A stretch of DNA of 63,415 nt, the filler included, from Octopus bimaculoides (Eukaryota): assembly GCF_001194135.2 (NCBI RefSeq). It is 6 parts of 5 records of this genome, joined end to end, with 100 filler letters (N's around TTAATTAATTAA, not from the genome) between each part and the next. Parts side by side here need not be neighbours in the genome. Positions count along the whole stretch, not along the records: positions 1 to 22,139 come from NC_068986.1; 5 more parts are not named here. The stretch is one strand, 5' to 3'. The position numbers and the translations under genes were made by a program. This document shows, piece after piece, positions 1 to 13,009 of the stretch; position 1 is the stretch's first letter, and every line of letters begins with the position of its first letter. Below the pieces are notes generated by a model. That model made no database searches and was not told the DNA's origin. It was given only the letters and a program-made list of their open reading frames with translations.

Positions 1-479
1 ATATATATATATATATATATACATATATATATTCATAATTATGGATATATATGTATGCTTTTATGTGTTCATTTTTGTGTGGAAATACTTGTGGCTATGT
101 GTATGTGTATTATATAAGTTTAGGTATGCTTGTGTACGTATATGTATGTGTGTGCGTGCGTGTGTGTGTGTCTGTATGTGTGTTTGTGTTTGTGCGTGTG
201 TGTGTGTATGTGTTTTCGTCATTCCGTAGATCAGAGAGATATTCTTGTAGCAGATTCCTCCTTGCTTTTCAATAGAAATTATTTGTTTGCATCTAAGTTT
301 TTTTTTCTTTTATTCCTATATAATTTCGTTTTACCAAATTTAGTTTCCATATTTATTTGATCTTGTATTGAAATTTATATCATATATTTGTGCCTAACCT
401 AATCTTATTCTTTATCCGTGCCCATTACTTGATTTTCTTTTTATATTTATTTATTATATTGCAGGCAATGCATGCACAG

Positions 480-534
<55 letters not shown>

Positions 535-2204
535 NNNNNNNNNNAAAAATAAAAAAAAAATAAAAAAAAACACACACACACACATACACACATACACACA
601 AACACACATGCACACGTTGAAATACATACACACAGAATAAATGGACGTACATACATCAAGACTGTATAATTTCAGTTCAGGAAATTTACTTATTACGAGT
701 GCATAACGATTCAGTGAGTTATCGGTGCTATGGCTCTACGTTCATGTTAATTAAACGAAGAATGGGTCCGAAATACACCTCATACAGAAGATATAGGATA
801 TTTCGTATCGACTACGGCTATATAGATATAACACATATCAAGGGTCATTATTTTAGAATTTAGATGTTTACTATGGACTTCCAGTAACGCATGCGCAATG
901 ATACACAGTAACCAGCCAGAATTAGCTGCGCCATACCTACACATGTGTGCCCCAACGAATTTCTTTCCTCATTACTTTTAGAATAATGGATGCTTTTTAA
1001 TGAAATTTTCTATAAATATTTTTATGATTGTGTATATTTCGATTATTTTGGAATTTGCTGTGAAATAATTTTTTTGAATAAAAGAAAAGAAAGGAAAAAA
1101 AGACATGTTGTGCGTCCGTATGTATGTGTGTTACTCACCAGCTTTTATCGCCATATTAAATTTCGATATAATCGTAATTTACACATTCTGAAAGGTATTT
1201 GTCGAAATTTTCATTTAGAAATACCCGTTTCTCTTTAAGTTATGACAAAACAATCCGACACGCGTGAATTATCTGAAATGCCTCTCCCCACCNNNNNNNN
1301 NNNNNNNNNNNNNNNNNNNNNNNNNNNNNNNNNNNNNNNNNNNNNNNNNNNNNNNNNNNNNNNNNNNNNNNNNNNNNNNNNNNNNNNNNNNNNNNNNNNN
1401 NNNNNNNNNNNNNNNNNNNNNNNNNNNNNNNNNNNNNNNNNNNNNNNNNNNNNNNNNNNNNNNNNNNNNNNNNNNNNNNNNNNNNNNNNNNNNNNNNNNN
1501 NNNNNNNNNNNNNNNNNNNNNNNNNNNNNNNNNNNNNNNNNNNNNNNNNNNNNNNNNNNNNNNNNNNNNNNNNNNNNNNNNNNNNNNNNNNNNNNNNNNN
1601 NNNNNNNNNNNNNNNNNNNNNNNNNNNNNNNNNNNNNNNNNNNNNNNNNNNNNNNNNNNNNNNNNNNNNNNNNNNNNNNNNNNNNNNNNNNNNNNNNNNN
1701 NNNNNNNNNNNNNNNNNNNNNNNNNNNNNNNNNNNNNNNNNNNNNNNNNNNNNNNNNNNNNNNNNNNNNNNNNNNNNNNNNNNNNNNNNNNNNNNNNNNN
1801 NNNNNNNNNNNNNNNNNNNNNNNNNNNNNNNNNNNNNNNNNNNNNNNNNNNNNNNNNNNNNNNNNNNNNNNNNNNNNNNNNNNNNNNNNNNNNNNNNNNN
1901 NNNNNNNNNNNNNNNNNNNNTGTACTTTTGATATAATTGCTCTACTTTGTTTTCCATTATTGATGTTGAAGCTTCACTCATGCTGTGTGTTCTGCAATTT
2001 CGAAGGGAATGAAAAATAAAAGCTTTTACCTTGTAATTTTTTTACGGTCATACTTAGATTTCAAATTTTATTTAGCAAATAAAATAATTTGCTAGGCGAA
2101 ATTCTCATCAGTGACAGTGCCATCACATCAATATATAATTAAGAGACAAATAACACGTGTCTCATCCTTATACATTATAATTTTTCAAATTCACCGCGCA
2201 AGCG

Positions 2205-2333
2205 CAGTTTCCATCTACCAGATCCACTCTCACGAGGCTATACCAGAAGAAACTTACCCCAAATTCCACGCAATGTTACTGAACCCGGAACCATGTGCTT
2301 GGGAAGGAAGTTTCTTACCACACAGCTACACCT
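2205..2333 (-). mobile_element. tRNA-derived SINE family A, 5' half, degenerate
   Basis: Reverse complement reads aggtgtagctgtgtggtaagaaacttccttcccaagcacatggttccgggttcag...tggtagatggaaactg, matching the family A copies at 21504 and 46813. Confidence 0.75.
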
Positions 2334-2834
2334 ACTCTAGTGTCTTAATAGAAACTGAAATTTTCCCTCATGACTAGAGTTTCATGCTACAGCAAGCTTT
2401 TAGAAAGACCTCTGCAATTTGGTTTTGATAGTACATTTATATCATTTATATTGGTGAGGATTTGGTCACATGCCAATGTTTGACTATTGGTTTGCGTTTT
2501 GCATTTCTGATTGTCTATTATTTTTCTGTCTCTTCATAGGTTGTTTTTTGATGGAATAATGTTTTAAAATTTTTATTCATTCTAGATTTATTAATTTAGC
2601 TGAGGTCGGCCATTTGCAAAATCTTCGACTGTATCGTGTTAGAAAACATTGTCAGAGGATTTTTAAACAGTTTTGTTTGTGAGTGAGTTTCACAGTGAAA
2701 CCTTTTAATTGATTTTGTATTGTAAAAGATGTTTCATAGTTAGGTGATTTTCGTATCAGTTTTAAAACGTTTTGAGCTTAAAAGTTTCATTTCTTGTACT
2801 TATTTCTTGTATGGACGTCTGAAATTCATATGCT

Positions 2835-2903
2835 TCAATACTTGTGATTGCATGTATGTATGTATGTATGTATGTATGTATGTATGTATGTATGTATGTA
2901 TGT
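2835..2903. repeat. (TATG)n microsatellite
   Basis: Perfect tatg run at about 2853-2903. Confidence 0.9.
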
Positions 2904-2950
2904 CATGAAATAAAACAGAACAATGACATGCATACATACATATATGTAAA

Positions 2951-3312
2951 AGCGCAGGCGTGGTAAGAAGCTAGGTTTCCAAACGCTTCCGGGGGATTCA
3001 GTCCCACTGTATGGCACCTTGGGTAAGTGTCTTCAACTATAGCCTTGGCTCAATCAAAGCTTTGACAGTGAATTTGGTAGACAGAAACTGAAAGAAGCTT
3101 GTCGTATATCTGTGTGTATATACACACACAGATACATACATACATACATACATACATACATACATTACATATATNNNNNNNNNNCACCTGACAACCGGTG
3201 TTGGTGTGTTTGTGTCCCCGAAACTTAGCAGTTCAGCAAAAGATTATGATAGAATAAGTATTTAGCTTTAAAGTAAGTCTTGGAATCGATCTGTTCGAGT
3301 AAAACCGCAGTC
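2951..3312 (+). mobile_element. tRNA-derived SINE family A with internal microsatellite
   Basis: Head gcgcaggcgtggtaagaagc...cagtcccactgtatggcaccttgggtaagtgtc...ggtagacagaaactgaaagaagc, then an internal (TACA)n block, then the 3' half gacaaccggtgttggtgtgtttgtgtccccgaaacttagcagttc. Confidence 0.85.
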
Positions 3313-3878
3313 GGATAAGTGAAATAAGTAAAAGATAATAGATAAAGGTTTATATATATATATATATAATACAAATAATAAATGAGTATATGCATGTTTA
3401 CGTACATGTATGTACATACTTACATCTACCTGTATATATAGATGCATATCTGGGTACAGGACATTGCAAACAAAGCGTAGACAATATGATAAATATGCCA
3501 TTTGTTTGTATTGTAACTTGCAAGACACCTAGCCACTCCACGACTTGTAAAAACCATGTGCTGGCATGTCCGGAAATTGTATACCTAACAGAAAATTTAC
3601 ATATGAAATAAAAGCAGCTATAGTATGATAAATATTATTAACTAAATATTATTAACTGGTTGGGTTACTTAACTTCAACCCTGGCGGGAACGTGATCTTG
3701 GTAAGCCACAAAAATCGCGAAACACCCGGTGTCCATCACTGTTTTAACACTTGGCACTTTCAGAGTGTATACACTCCACTGCGCTATTGCAGTCATCGGA
3801 AAATACACGAAGCATATACTCTAAGTATATGTAGTTAATAATATTTATTATACTAGAGCTCCTTGTACTTCATACGTA

Positions 3879-3916
<38 letters not shown>

Positions 3917-4390
3917 NNNNNNNNNNNNNNNNNNNNNNNNNNNNNNNNNNNNNNNNNNNNNNNNNNNNNNNNNNNNNNNNNNNNNNNNNNNNNNNNNNNN
4001 NNNNNNNNNNNNNNNNNNNNNNNNNNNNNNNNNNNNNNNNNNNNNNNNNNNNNNNNNNNNNNNNNNNNNNNNNNNNNNNNNNNNNNNNNNNNNNNNNNNN
4101 NNNNNNNNNNNNNNNNNNNNNNNNNNNNNNNNNNNNNNNNNNNNNNNNNNNNNNNNNNNNNNNNNNNNNNNNNNNNNNNNNNNNNNNNNNNNNNNNNNNN
4201 NNNNNNNNNNNNNNNNNNNNNNNNNNNNNNNNNNNNNNNNNNNNNNNNNNNNNNNNNNNNNNNNNNNNNNNNNNNNNNNNNNNNNNNNNNNNNNNNNNNN
4301 NNNNNNNNNNNNNNNNNNNNNNNNNNNNNNNNNNNNNNNNNNNNNNNNNNNNNNNNNNNNNNNNNNNNNNNNNNNNNNNNNNNNNNNNNN

Positions 4391-4457
<67 letters not shown>

Positions 4458-4528
4458 TAGAGAGAGAGAAAGAGAGAGAGATAGAGAGAAAGAGAGAGAA
4501 AGTGAGGGAGAGAATGAGAGAGAGAGAG
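4391..4528. repeat. (AG)n microsatellite
   Basis: Long AG run at a contig start. Confidence 0.95.
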
Positions 4529-4899
4529 AATGTATGTGTATATATACCGTGTAACTACCTGTGGTATAAATTTGGATTATGGCATGAATAATTGTCTTTG
4601 ACTAAAACCATCAACACAGTAATATAGAAATTGTCTCACTGCAATGAAAAGGATATGCTTAATACCTTTCACTTTGATGTGGCGATTCACTTTGGATGTG
4701 TCCAAACAGAAGGCTGACACACCACATTGCTTTTATTGTGATAAACATTGCTCTAAAAGCTAGCAGAATGCCAAAGCAACGCGCTGAATCCAGGTGTCTG
4801 CAACGATGGAATGTACGTTGTAGTAGCAACTGCTTAGGTATTAGACAAACTGGGCCACTGTGTGTTAGAGTATCACTTATTACACTATGCCGTGGAATT

Positions 4900-5038
4900 G
4901 TTAATGTTGGTGGTATTAGGGCCAGTATTAACAGCAGCGTTGCTCTCGTCGATGAGGTTGTTGTTTAAGCGTAACTTAGGCCCCGCGACGATCGTTGTTG
5001 CTGTTGTTTAGCTTTTGACCAGCTCTGCTCCGGCGTAC
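4900..5038 (-). other. Candidate internal or terminal exon of an unidentified minus-strand gene
   Basis: Minus-strand acceptor tttgcatttcattacag| (AG at 5040-5039) followed by non-repetitive, CpG-containing sequence. All three frames stop within about 10-32 codons. No recognisable protein motif. Confidence 0.25.
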
Positions 5039-5174
5039 CTGTAATGAAATGCAAACATCCCGCCCTTTTAGAGATAACTATGAATACATAATGTAACGGG
5101 CTTTGATCATACTTACATACACACACACACACTCATACATACACTATCACACACACACACACACACAGACACAT

Positions 5175-5375
5175 TACTCTTTTACTATTTTACATGTTTC
5201 AGTCATTTGACTGCAACCATGCTGGAACACCGCCTTCAAGGGTTTTTGTCGAAGAAATCGACCCCACGACCTATTCTTTGTAAGCCTAGTTTACGGGAAC
5301 GTAAACACACCAACTTCGGTTGTCAAGTGATGGTGGAGAGACAAAGACACACACACATACATATACATATATACA
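5175..5375 (-). mobile_element. SINE family A, 3' half, abutting the 3' end of the RTE LINE
   Basis: gtttcagtcatttgactgcaaccatgctggaacaccgcc...aaacacaccaacttcggttgtcaagtgatggtgg is the reverse complement of the family A 3' half. Confidence 0.8.
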
Positions 5376-5385
5376 GAAATCCCCC

Positions 5386-8300
5386 TCCTCTAGTCAGGTG
5401 TCGCACTATGCAATGCTGTGGTCATCACGAAGTCTTGCCACCTTCTCCTGTCCTCTACCCCAAGACAATCCTGTGGCTGCGATGTCTTTCAGCCAAGAAG
5501 TGTGTGGTCTGCTTCTTTTACGTCTGCTGTTCACCTTGCCAGTTATGATCGTTCGCTCAAGTCCATCCCGGCGCATGATGTGGCCAAAGAACCGTAGCTT
5601 CCGCTTCATGATGTTTCGGCGAAGCGTCATCTCACAACCGAACTTTTCTAGTACCCAGTTGTTTGTCCTTCTCTCCGTCCACAACACTCTAAGGATTCTG
5701 CGGTAAGACCACATTTCAAAAATGCTCACTCTTTTCTCGTCTGCCTTCAACATTGTCTACGACTCGCAGCCGTACGTCGCAATAGAGAAAGCGACAGCCC
5801 GAAGCCGCCTTATCTTCAGCAGCATTGACACACCACAACTCTTCCAGATGTTCTCCATATCTTGTACCGCTTGCCTCGCTATCGCGAGCCTTCTCCGTAT
5901 CTCTGGTGTACTTGATCCACTGGTGCTGATTGTGGATCCCAAGTACACAAAATCATCCACTTCCTGAATCATCACTCCGTCTACGGTGAAGTCACCTTGG
6001 ACTGTCCTGTACTTATCCACCACCAAGATCTTTGTCTTCTTTACATTCAGGAATAGATCACTTTGTGCACTCATGTCTTTCACTTTGCGTATCATCTGCA
6101 GCAATTCGTCCTTGCTGTTACNNNNNNNNNNNNNNNNNNNNNNNNNNNNNNNNNNNNNNNNNNNNNNNNNNNNNNNNNNNNNNNNNNNNNNNNNNNNNNN
6201 NNNNNNNNNNNNNNNNNNNNNNNNNNNNNNNNNNNNNNNNNNNNNNNNNNNNNNNNNNNNNNNNNNNNNNNNNNNNNNNNNNNNNNNNNNNNNNNNNNNN
6301 NNNNNNNNNNNNNNNNNNNNNNNNNNNNNNNNNNNNNNNNNNNNNNNNNNNNNNNNNNNNNNNNNNNNNNNNNNNNNNNNNNNNNNNNNNNNNNNNNNNN
6401 NNNNNNNNNNNNNNNNNNNNNNNNNNNNNNNNNNNNNNNNNNNNNNNNNNNNNNNNNNNNNNNNNNNNNNNNNNNNNNNNNNNNNNNNNNNNNNNNNNNN
6501 NNNNNNNNNNNNNNNNNNNNNNNNNNNNNNNNNNNNNNNNNNNNNNNNNNTCGTAGTTCTCCTTCATCGGTCTTATGATGTTTTCTGAATAGATGTTGTA
6601 CAGATATGGAGACAGAACACATCCCTGTCGGACACCCCTGTCAATGCCGAACCACTCAGTGTCACCGACGGACGTCCTGACAGATGACTGTTGATCTTGA
6701 TATAGTCGCGCCAACAGTGCGACTAAGCGTTCAGGAAATCCCATGTCCTTCGTGACGTCCCACAGCTTGCTGTGTCTCACACAGTCGAAAGCCTTAGAGT
6801 AGTCGATGAAACACACGTAAAGTGAGATGTTACATTCTTTCTCGATCATCATCCTGATGTTGACTATTTGTTCCCTTGTTCGTCTGCCCTTGACGAAGCC
6901 GACTTGTTCCTCAGCGATGACACTGCTATATTTCCGCTGCAGTCTACCTACGATGATTCGCAGCAGAATCTTGCTTGCGTAGACAATAAGGCTGATTGTT
7001 CGGTGGTTAGAACACTCGCGTGGGTTGCCTTTCTTTGGTATTGGTACGAAGACTGCATGACACTAGTCGATCGGCCACTCCACGTCGTTCCAGATCTTGA
7101 CACACAGTCTCCACAACAGTTCTATCCCAATAACTCCCGTTGCCTTCCATACCTCGATGGGAAGTTCATCCACGTCAGGGCTCGTCCTGTTCTTGGTATG
7201 GTACAGGGCCTGCGTCACTTCTTCTTTGAGTGGTTCCGGTTCTCTGTCTTCGGCTGGGAGATCTTCCTGCCTCCTTCTTTACAAATCGGTGCTGTATTCC
7301 CGCCACCTGGCTTTGATGTCCTCTCCCTCTGTCAAGATGTTACCTTCTTTATCGTTGATGACGTCACTACGTGGAGTCCACTTCCTCTTTCTACTCAATT
7401 TCTTCACCAAACGAAAAACCTTTCTGTGACGCATTTTCCGCCTCCAGATATGTATGCTCCAGATGGTTCCTCTTGTCCTCTAGTGTCTGACTGTTGTACT
7501 GCTTGTCAACTTCTCTCCATTCCTGATGGTTTCCACTTGCTTTTGCTTTCCTCCTTCTTCCTGCGACATCTAGTGTGTTGTCTGATAACTGCGGCCTCTT
7601 CAGAGTCTATCTTTTCAGAATATTCCTCTCCGCAACTTCCTTTGTGATGTTGACCATTTTCTCCCAAAGTGCGTCTGATCTCCACTCTCCGTTATCGTAT
7701 GATTGGAGAAGCGGTAGAAATCTATTCTGCATCTCGACACTGAAAGCCTCCGAGATCTTTGTGACGTCGTACCGTGTTATTCTCGTCTGCTTTCGCCGTG
7801 ACCTCATCTGGATCTTAATCGTTGCACACAACAGTTGATGATCAGTTCCGCAGTCTGCCCCTGGTCGTGTCCTTACATTCTTGAGTGCCGACCTCCATCG
7901 TCCTTGAATCATGATGTAGTCAATCTGGTTTCGAAACCTGTCTCCTGGGCTGGTCCAAGTGTACAACCTTCTCGGGTGATGCTGGAAGATGGTGTTACCG
8001 ATGACTAGGTTGTTGGTGATACAAAGGTCAACCAGATCCTGTCCTCTTTCATTCTTCTCCCCCAACCCATGTTGGCCCAAACTCGAACTGTCGGTAATGC
8101 TCTTCCCCACCTTGGCATTCCAATCTCCCATCAAGATAATGGCATTTGTCCGTGGAACATTGTCCAGTGTGTGCTGAACAACATCATAGAAATCCTGCAT
8201 TTCTCCTTCACTTGCTTCGCTCGTTGGTGCGTAAACCTGGATGAGTGTAGTGTTTAGAGGGTGACCCCACAGCCATATGGTGACGATTCTGTCATTGACA

Positions 8301-9002
8301 GGATTGTATCTCATGACTGATGGGGGTCACCTCTCTGGACGTCACAAATCCCACTCCATTACGTCGACCAGTCTCCCTTCATGATAAGAAGACCGTGTCT
8401 CCACTCTGTGCTGTGAATCTTCCCTGACCGTTCCGCCAGTGTTCAGACAGCCCGAGGACACTCACTCCGCCTCTCTTCATCTCAGATGTTATCACGTTTA
8501 GCTTCCCCGTGATGAGTCCTCTGACATTCCATGTGGCAATGATCCACTCCTTACGTAGATGAATACCCCTCTTTTTCGAACTAGGACCGTCGGGAGGAAG
8601 GTGTCCAATACTTGGGTTTAACCCACGGCCATCATCACCTGGTTGACTAGACGTACTTGGAGAAGAATAAATCTCTTCCGCGGTGGCATTTGACACATCT
8701 TCAGGCCCACGGGTCTCACCTTCCAATGTGATATCTGGCAAGCTAAGGCTTGAAATCATAATAACAATCTCGACTATATAGTGCGGTAGGTCATCAGCAT
8801 CTTTCCGCATCAGGGTTGAGATCCCGGAACTTTCATGACAGTTCTTCTGCCCTGAACGACCGTTGACGGCCATGTCACAGTTCGTACGCCCTTTAACAGA
8901 AGGCCGGTGACCACTTGACACAAGGGGGAATGGCCTTCCCCATCCCCAACTGGAGTCCACCAGATGGCTACCCGTACAAAGTTTGGCCGGTGAGACGATA
9001 TA
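5386..9002 (-). mobile_element. Near full-length RTE-clade non-LTR retrotransposon (APE endonuclease + RT), inactivated by stops and frameshifts
   Basis: APE motifs ATWNVRGL, IQVYAPT, MGDWNAKVG, NQIDYI, GADCGTDHQL. RT motifs CFIDYSKAFD and GVRQGCVLSPYLYN. C-terminal RKLRFFGHIMRR...GKVNSRRKRSRP. In-frame TAG codons where Trp is expected at about 7064 and 5757. A gap at 6122-6550 covers the RT core. Confidence 0.93.
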
Positions 9003-10129
9003 NNNNNNNNNNNNNNNNNNNNNNNNNNNNNNNNNNNNNNNNNNNNNNNNNNNNNNNNNNNNNNNNNNNNNNNNNNNNNNNNNNNNNNNNNNNNNNNNNN
9101 NNNNNNNNNNNNNNNNNNNNNNNNNNNNNNNNNNNNNNNNNNNNNNNNNNNNNNNNNNNNNNNNNNNNNNNNNNNNNNNNNNNNNNNNNNNNNNNNNNNN
9201 NNNNNNNNNNNNNNNNNNNNNNNNNNNNNNNNNNNNNNNNNNNNNNNNNNNNNNNNNNNNNNNNNNNNNNNNNNNNNNNNNNNNNNNNNNNNNNNNNNNN
9301 NNNNNNNNNNNNNNNNNNNNNNNNNNNNNNNNNNNNNNNNNNNNNNNNNNNNNNNNNNNNNNNNNNNNNNNNNNNNNNNNNNNNNNNNNNNNNNNNNNNN
9401 NNNNNNNNNNNNNNNNNNNNNNNNNNNNNNNNNNNNNNNNNNNNNNNNNNNNNNNNNNNNNNNNNNNNNNNNNNNNNNNNNNNNNNNNNNNNNNNNNNNN
9501 NNNNNNNNNNNNNNNNNNNNNNNNNNNNNNNNNNNNNNNNNNNNNNNNNNNNNNNNNNNNNNNNNNNNNNNNNNNNNNNNNNNNNNNNNNNNNNNNNNNN
9601 NNNNNNNNNNNNNNNNNNNNNNNNNNNNNNNNNNNNNNNNNNNNNNNNNNNNNNNNNNNNNNNNNNNNNNNNNNNNNNNNNNNNNNNNNNNNNNNNNNNN
9701 NNNNNNNNNNNNNNNNNNNNNNNNNNNNNNNNNNNNNNTATGTCCCTGTCGTAAGGGTTTACTTCCACACGCGCCAGCTAATTTTAATTCGTCCTTAGTC
9801 GAAAGACACCCGTTGTTATGTCCTGTTATTTGCGTTTGTACCTGTGTAACATTCTCCGTTTTTTTTCCGTCCTTTTTCGTATACATTCGTTGCTTTCTTC
9901 CAAGAAATCTAATGCTCTTAGCTTAGTTTTTCCTTGGGGCTGGCTAGATTGGAGCAATCTCGAGTATAACCAGCCGAAATTGCAAAGATAAACTGGAACT
10001 TGATTGAGGACAGAAAACTCCGCATGACTCGTCCTTGTTTTCTTTGTATCATCCGTCTAGATGTTTTGCGTTCTTGTCCCATTTTTGTATCTTTAGAATA
10101 TAAAAAATATTGCGGTGTACGTATATTTT

Positions 10130-10182
<53 letters not shown>

Positions 10183-10192
10183 NNNNNNNNNN

Positions 10193-10246
<54 letters not shown>

Positions 10247-10690
10247 TACACACACACATACGCACACACAAACACACACCCACCCACACGTATGTGTGTA
10301 TGTATGTATAAATGTATTAGGCAGGAGGGGTGATTTAAGGGCAATTTGCTGCTATTTCTAGTAGACATTTCTATCAAGTAGAAACTACTTCATTGGTTCA
10401 CCTGTGCTATTGTTATATAATTAGGGGTTCTGATCAAAGATGCTCCATGTCGTGGTGCAATGAGTTAATAAGTAAAACATATAAAGATCTATTTCATTCT
10501 TCGTTTTATTTAACACAAGCAATTGCTCAGCTTATAATAATGTGAAACTGAATATGTGCCAACGGCATTAATGCTGTAAGTTTTGTGTAATATCTGAAAC
10601 AGAATAATTTGAATGAGCCAATTAAAAAAAAAAAAAATTGAATTTTGTTCTTTTACGTAAGGTTTTCCTGTCCCTGAGTACTGAACATAC

Positions 10691-10724
10691 CGTGTTTTCC
10701 GTGATCGGAACCGTCTTGACGTGG
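10691..10724 (-). other. Candidate 34-nt micro-exon
   Basis: Minus strand reads ttttcattgtacatttcactgttag|CCACGTCAAGACGGTTCCGATCACGGAAAACACG|gtatgt. Canonical acceptor and donor, and open in all three frames. Confidence 0.3.
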
Positions 10725-11037
10725 CTAACAGTGAAATGTACAATGAAAATTATAGGTATGTATTTTATGTGATAGATATCAGGTTATCGGTAACATCGAC
10801 TATGTTGGATAACTGGCTCTGTGCCTACAGCACAACGTACGGAATTCATTTTCATGTAAAGATACGAGAGAAAAAGAAAGGACTGAAAGAAACAACGTTT
10901 ATTTACAACAAATTCAGAAAAAAATGTGTATAACGAAACCATAGAGTTATTTTAAATGATGTATTTATATTCTTTTACAACATCTTTTCCTGTATATTAG
11001 AAAGATATTCTTGCAAACATTTGTAATAATTCATCAT

Positions 11038-11421
11038 GTTGTTGGCACTCCGTCGCTTACGACGTCGAGGGTTCCAGTTGATCCGATCGACGGAACAGCC
11101 TGCTCGTGAAATTAACGTGCAAGTGGCTGAGCACTCCACAGACACGTGTACCCTTAACGTAGTTCTCGGGGATATTCAGCGTGACACAGTGTGACAAGGC
11201 TGACCCTTTGAAATACAGGTATAACAGAAGCAGGAAGTAAGAGTGAGAGAAAGTTGTGGTGAAAGAGTACAGCAGGGTTCGCCACCATCCCCTGCCGGAG
11301 CCTTGCGGAGCTTTAGGTGTTTTCGCTCAATAAACACACACAACGCCCGGTCTGGGAATCGAAACCGCGATCCTATGACTGCGAGTCCGTTGCCCTAACC
11401 ACTGGGCCATTGCGCCTCCAC
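11038..11421 (-). mobile_element. Full-length tRNA-derived SINE family C with 11-bp TSD
   Basis: tRNA head gtggaggcgcaatggcccagtggttagggc...ggtttcgattccc with A and B boxes and a gccaacaac 3' end. Flanked by the direct repeat taattcatcat at 11027-11037 and 11422-11432. Confidence 0.92.
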
Positions 11422-11560
11422 TAATTCATCATATTTACGATTCATTTCCTTTGGCGTCATCTTTCCACAGTTTTGATATTCTGATGGAAATATTTCTGCG
11501 ATAGCCTGAAAAGAGGTAAGGATGAGAATAAAAAAAAAACAAATATTCAGGTTGGTTAAT

Positions 11561-11794
11561 ATTCTATTCTACTCCAGGCACTAGGCCCGAAATTTTGAGG
11601 TACGGGGCCAGTCGATCCCAGTACGCAACTGGTACTTAATTTATCGACTCCGAAAGGATGAAAGGCAAAGTCGAACTCGGTGGAATTTGAACTCAGAACA
11701 TAGAGACTGACGAAATACCGCCAAGCATTTCGACCAGCGTGCCAACGTTTCTTATTTCTTTACTACCTACAAGGGGCTAAACACAGAGGGAACA
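11561..11794 (-). mobile_element. SINE family B preceded by the tail of an upstream unit (multimer junction)
   Basis: Family B core ttgaactcagaac...gaaaggatgaaaggcaaagtcga. The 5' end is replaced by ...tgtttagccccttgtaggtagtaaagaaataag|aaacgttgg. Confidence 0.85.
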
Positions 11795-13009
11795 TTATCT
11801 GGCAATGACGTTCTTAGTTGATGACCTATAAACACATCTTTCCCTTAGTTTCTCGTGGAAGAAATTAGAATATTTGGAAGAAATGCATTTGAAGCAATTA
11901 CCGTATTTATTCCGTCCTTTGACGTATCACTTCCTTCAGACAAATACGATGTACTTGGTTCATTTCACTTTATTATTTTCATAAAATGCTTTTCGATCTA
12001 GTAGTAAGTTTCTTTCTGAGAGGCCAATTGTTTTCTTAGCCAGTGGTTTACTCATAGTTTTGTTATTGCCAATCAGTTAACATCCAAATCACTTTGAAAA
12101 TCCTGCATAATATTCATCGTATTTGTCAAATTTATTTTCTAAAAGCAATTTGAAGGTTTCATAAGTTCCGTTTCAATAAACAGAATGAGCGAGGAGAATT
12201 AAAACTGAATTCTGTAATCATCCAATATTCAACACCTACCTTACACAGCAATCTCGTAATACCCTCCCTTCCAAATTACTATGGTACCCCTCCTCGAAAA
12301 AAAAAAAGCAAAACTCTGCACAAACTCTTTGAAGCTACGAAAATTATTTTGGTTCTTTGGCAAATTCAAATCCTTGCCTAAACTGTTCAGTTCAGTTTGT
12401 ATTAATGGATAATGCACTCAATTTTATTCTTCCACCTGTCTTCAAATATGACTATCTGAATTTAATTCTGAATCTGAATTATAAGGCTGTCAGGCGGTAG
12501 AAACAGAAATAATCTGATCATGGTGATGTATCTGGTTACTAATGAAGATTTCTATTTTTTTTTCTTCTTAATATTTCAACTCCGAAGATATTTTAAGCAG
12601 AAGATGCAATCGCTGATATGATTATAAACACTACCTATTATCATACAGATTCCAGTAGGCATATATTAAAAAAATTTTTTACTGTAATTCAAACTTCTCA
12701 ACGCTGCAGTAGATATATGACTAATTATACGTGAAGTAGACCAACTTTTTTCCTTGATTCCGAATTTCATTGCGAAGTAAATATGATAAACTCTCATAAC
12801 AATATCTGGTGTATCTCTCCATACCTTTTTAGGAAAGCAAAAAACGAAACCAGAATTTTAAAAAAACCCATACAACACTGAGTACAAAATGCCTGCGCTA
12901 TTGACGCAGCTGCTGGAAGCCATTAGTTGAACAGTGAAGTGAATTTATGATTTATATCAGAGAATACTTGAAAAATAAGTGAAAATTCCCAAACAATGTA
13001 AATTATAAA

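Noticed and set aside
5757-7066. TGG-to-TAG stops in the RTE as a deaminase hypermutation signature
   Set aside because: There are only two clear cases and no consensus to compare against. Trp codons mutate to stops by a single transition anyway.
6868-8257. Plus-strand ORFs up to 259 aa within the RTE
   Set aside because: They are antisense shadows of the LINE ORF with no independent motif.
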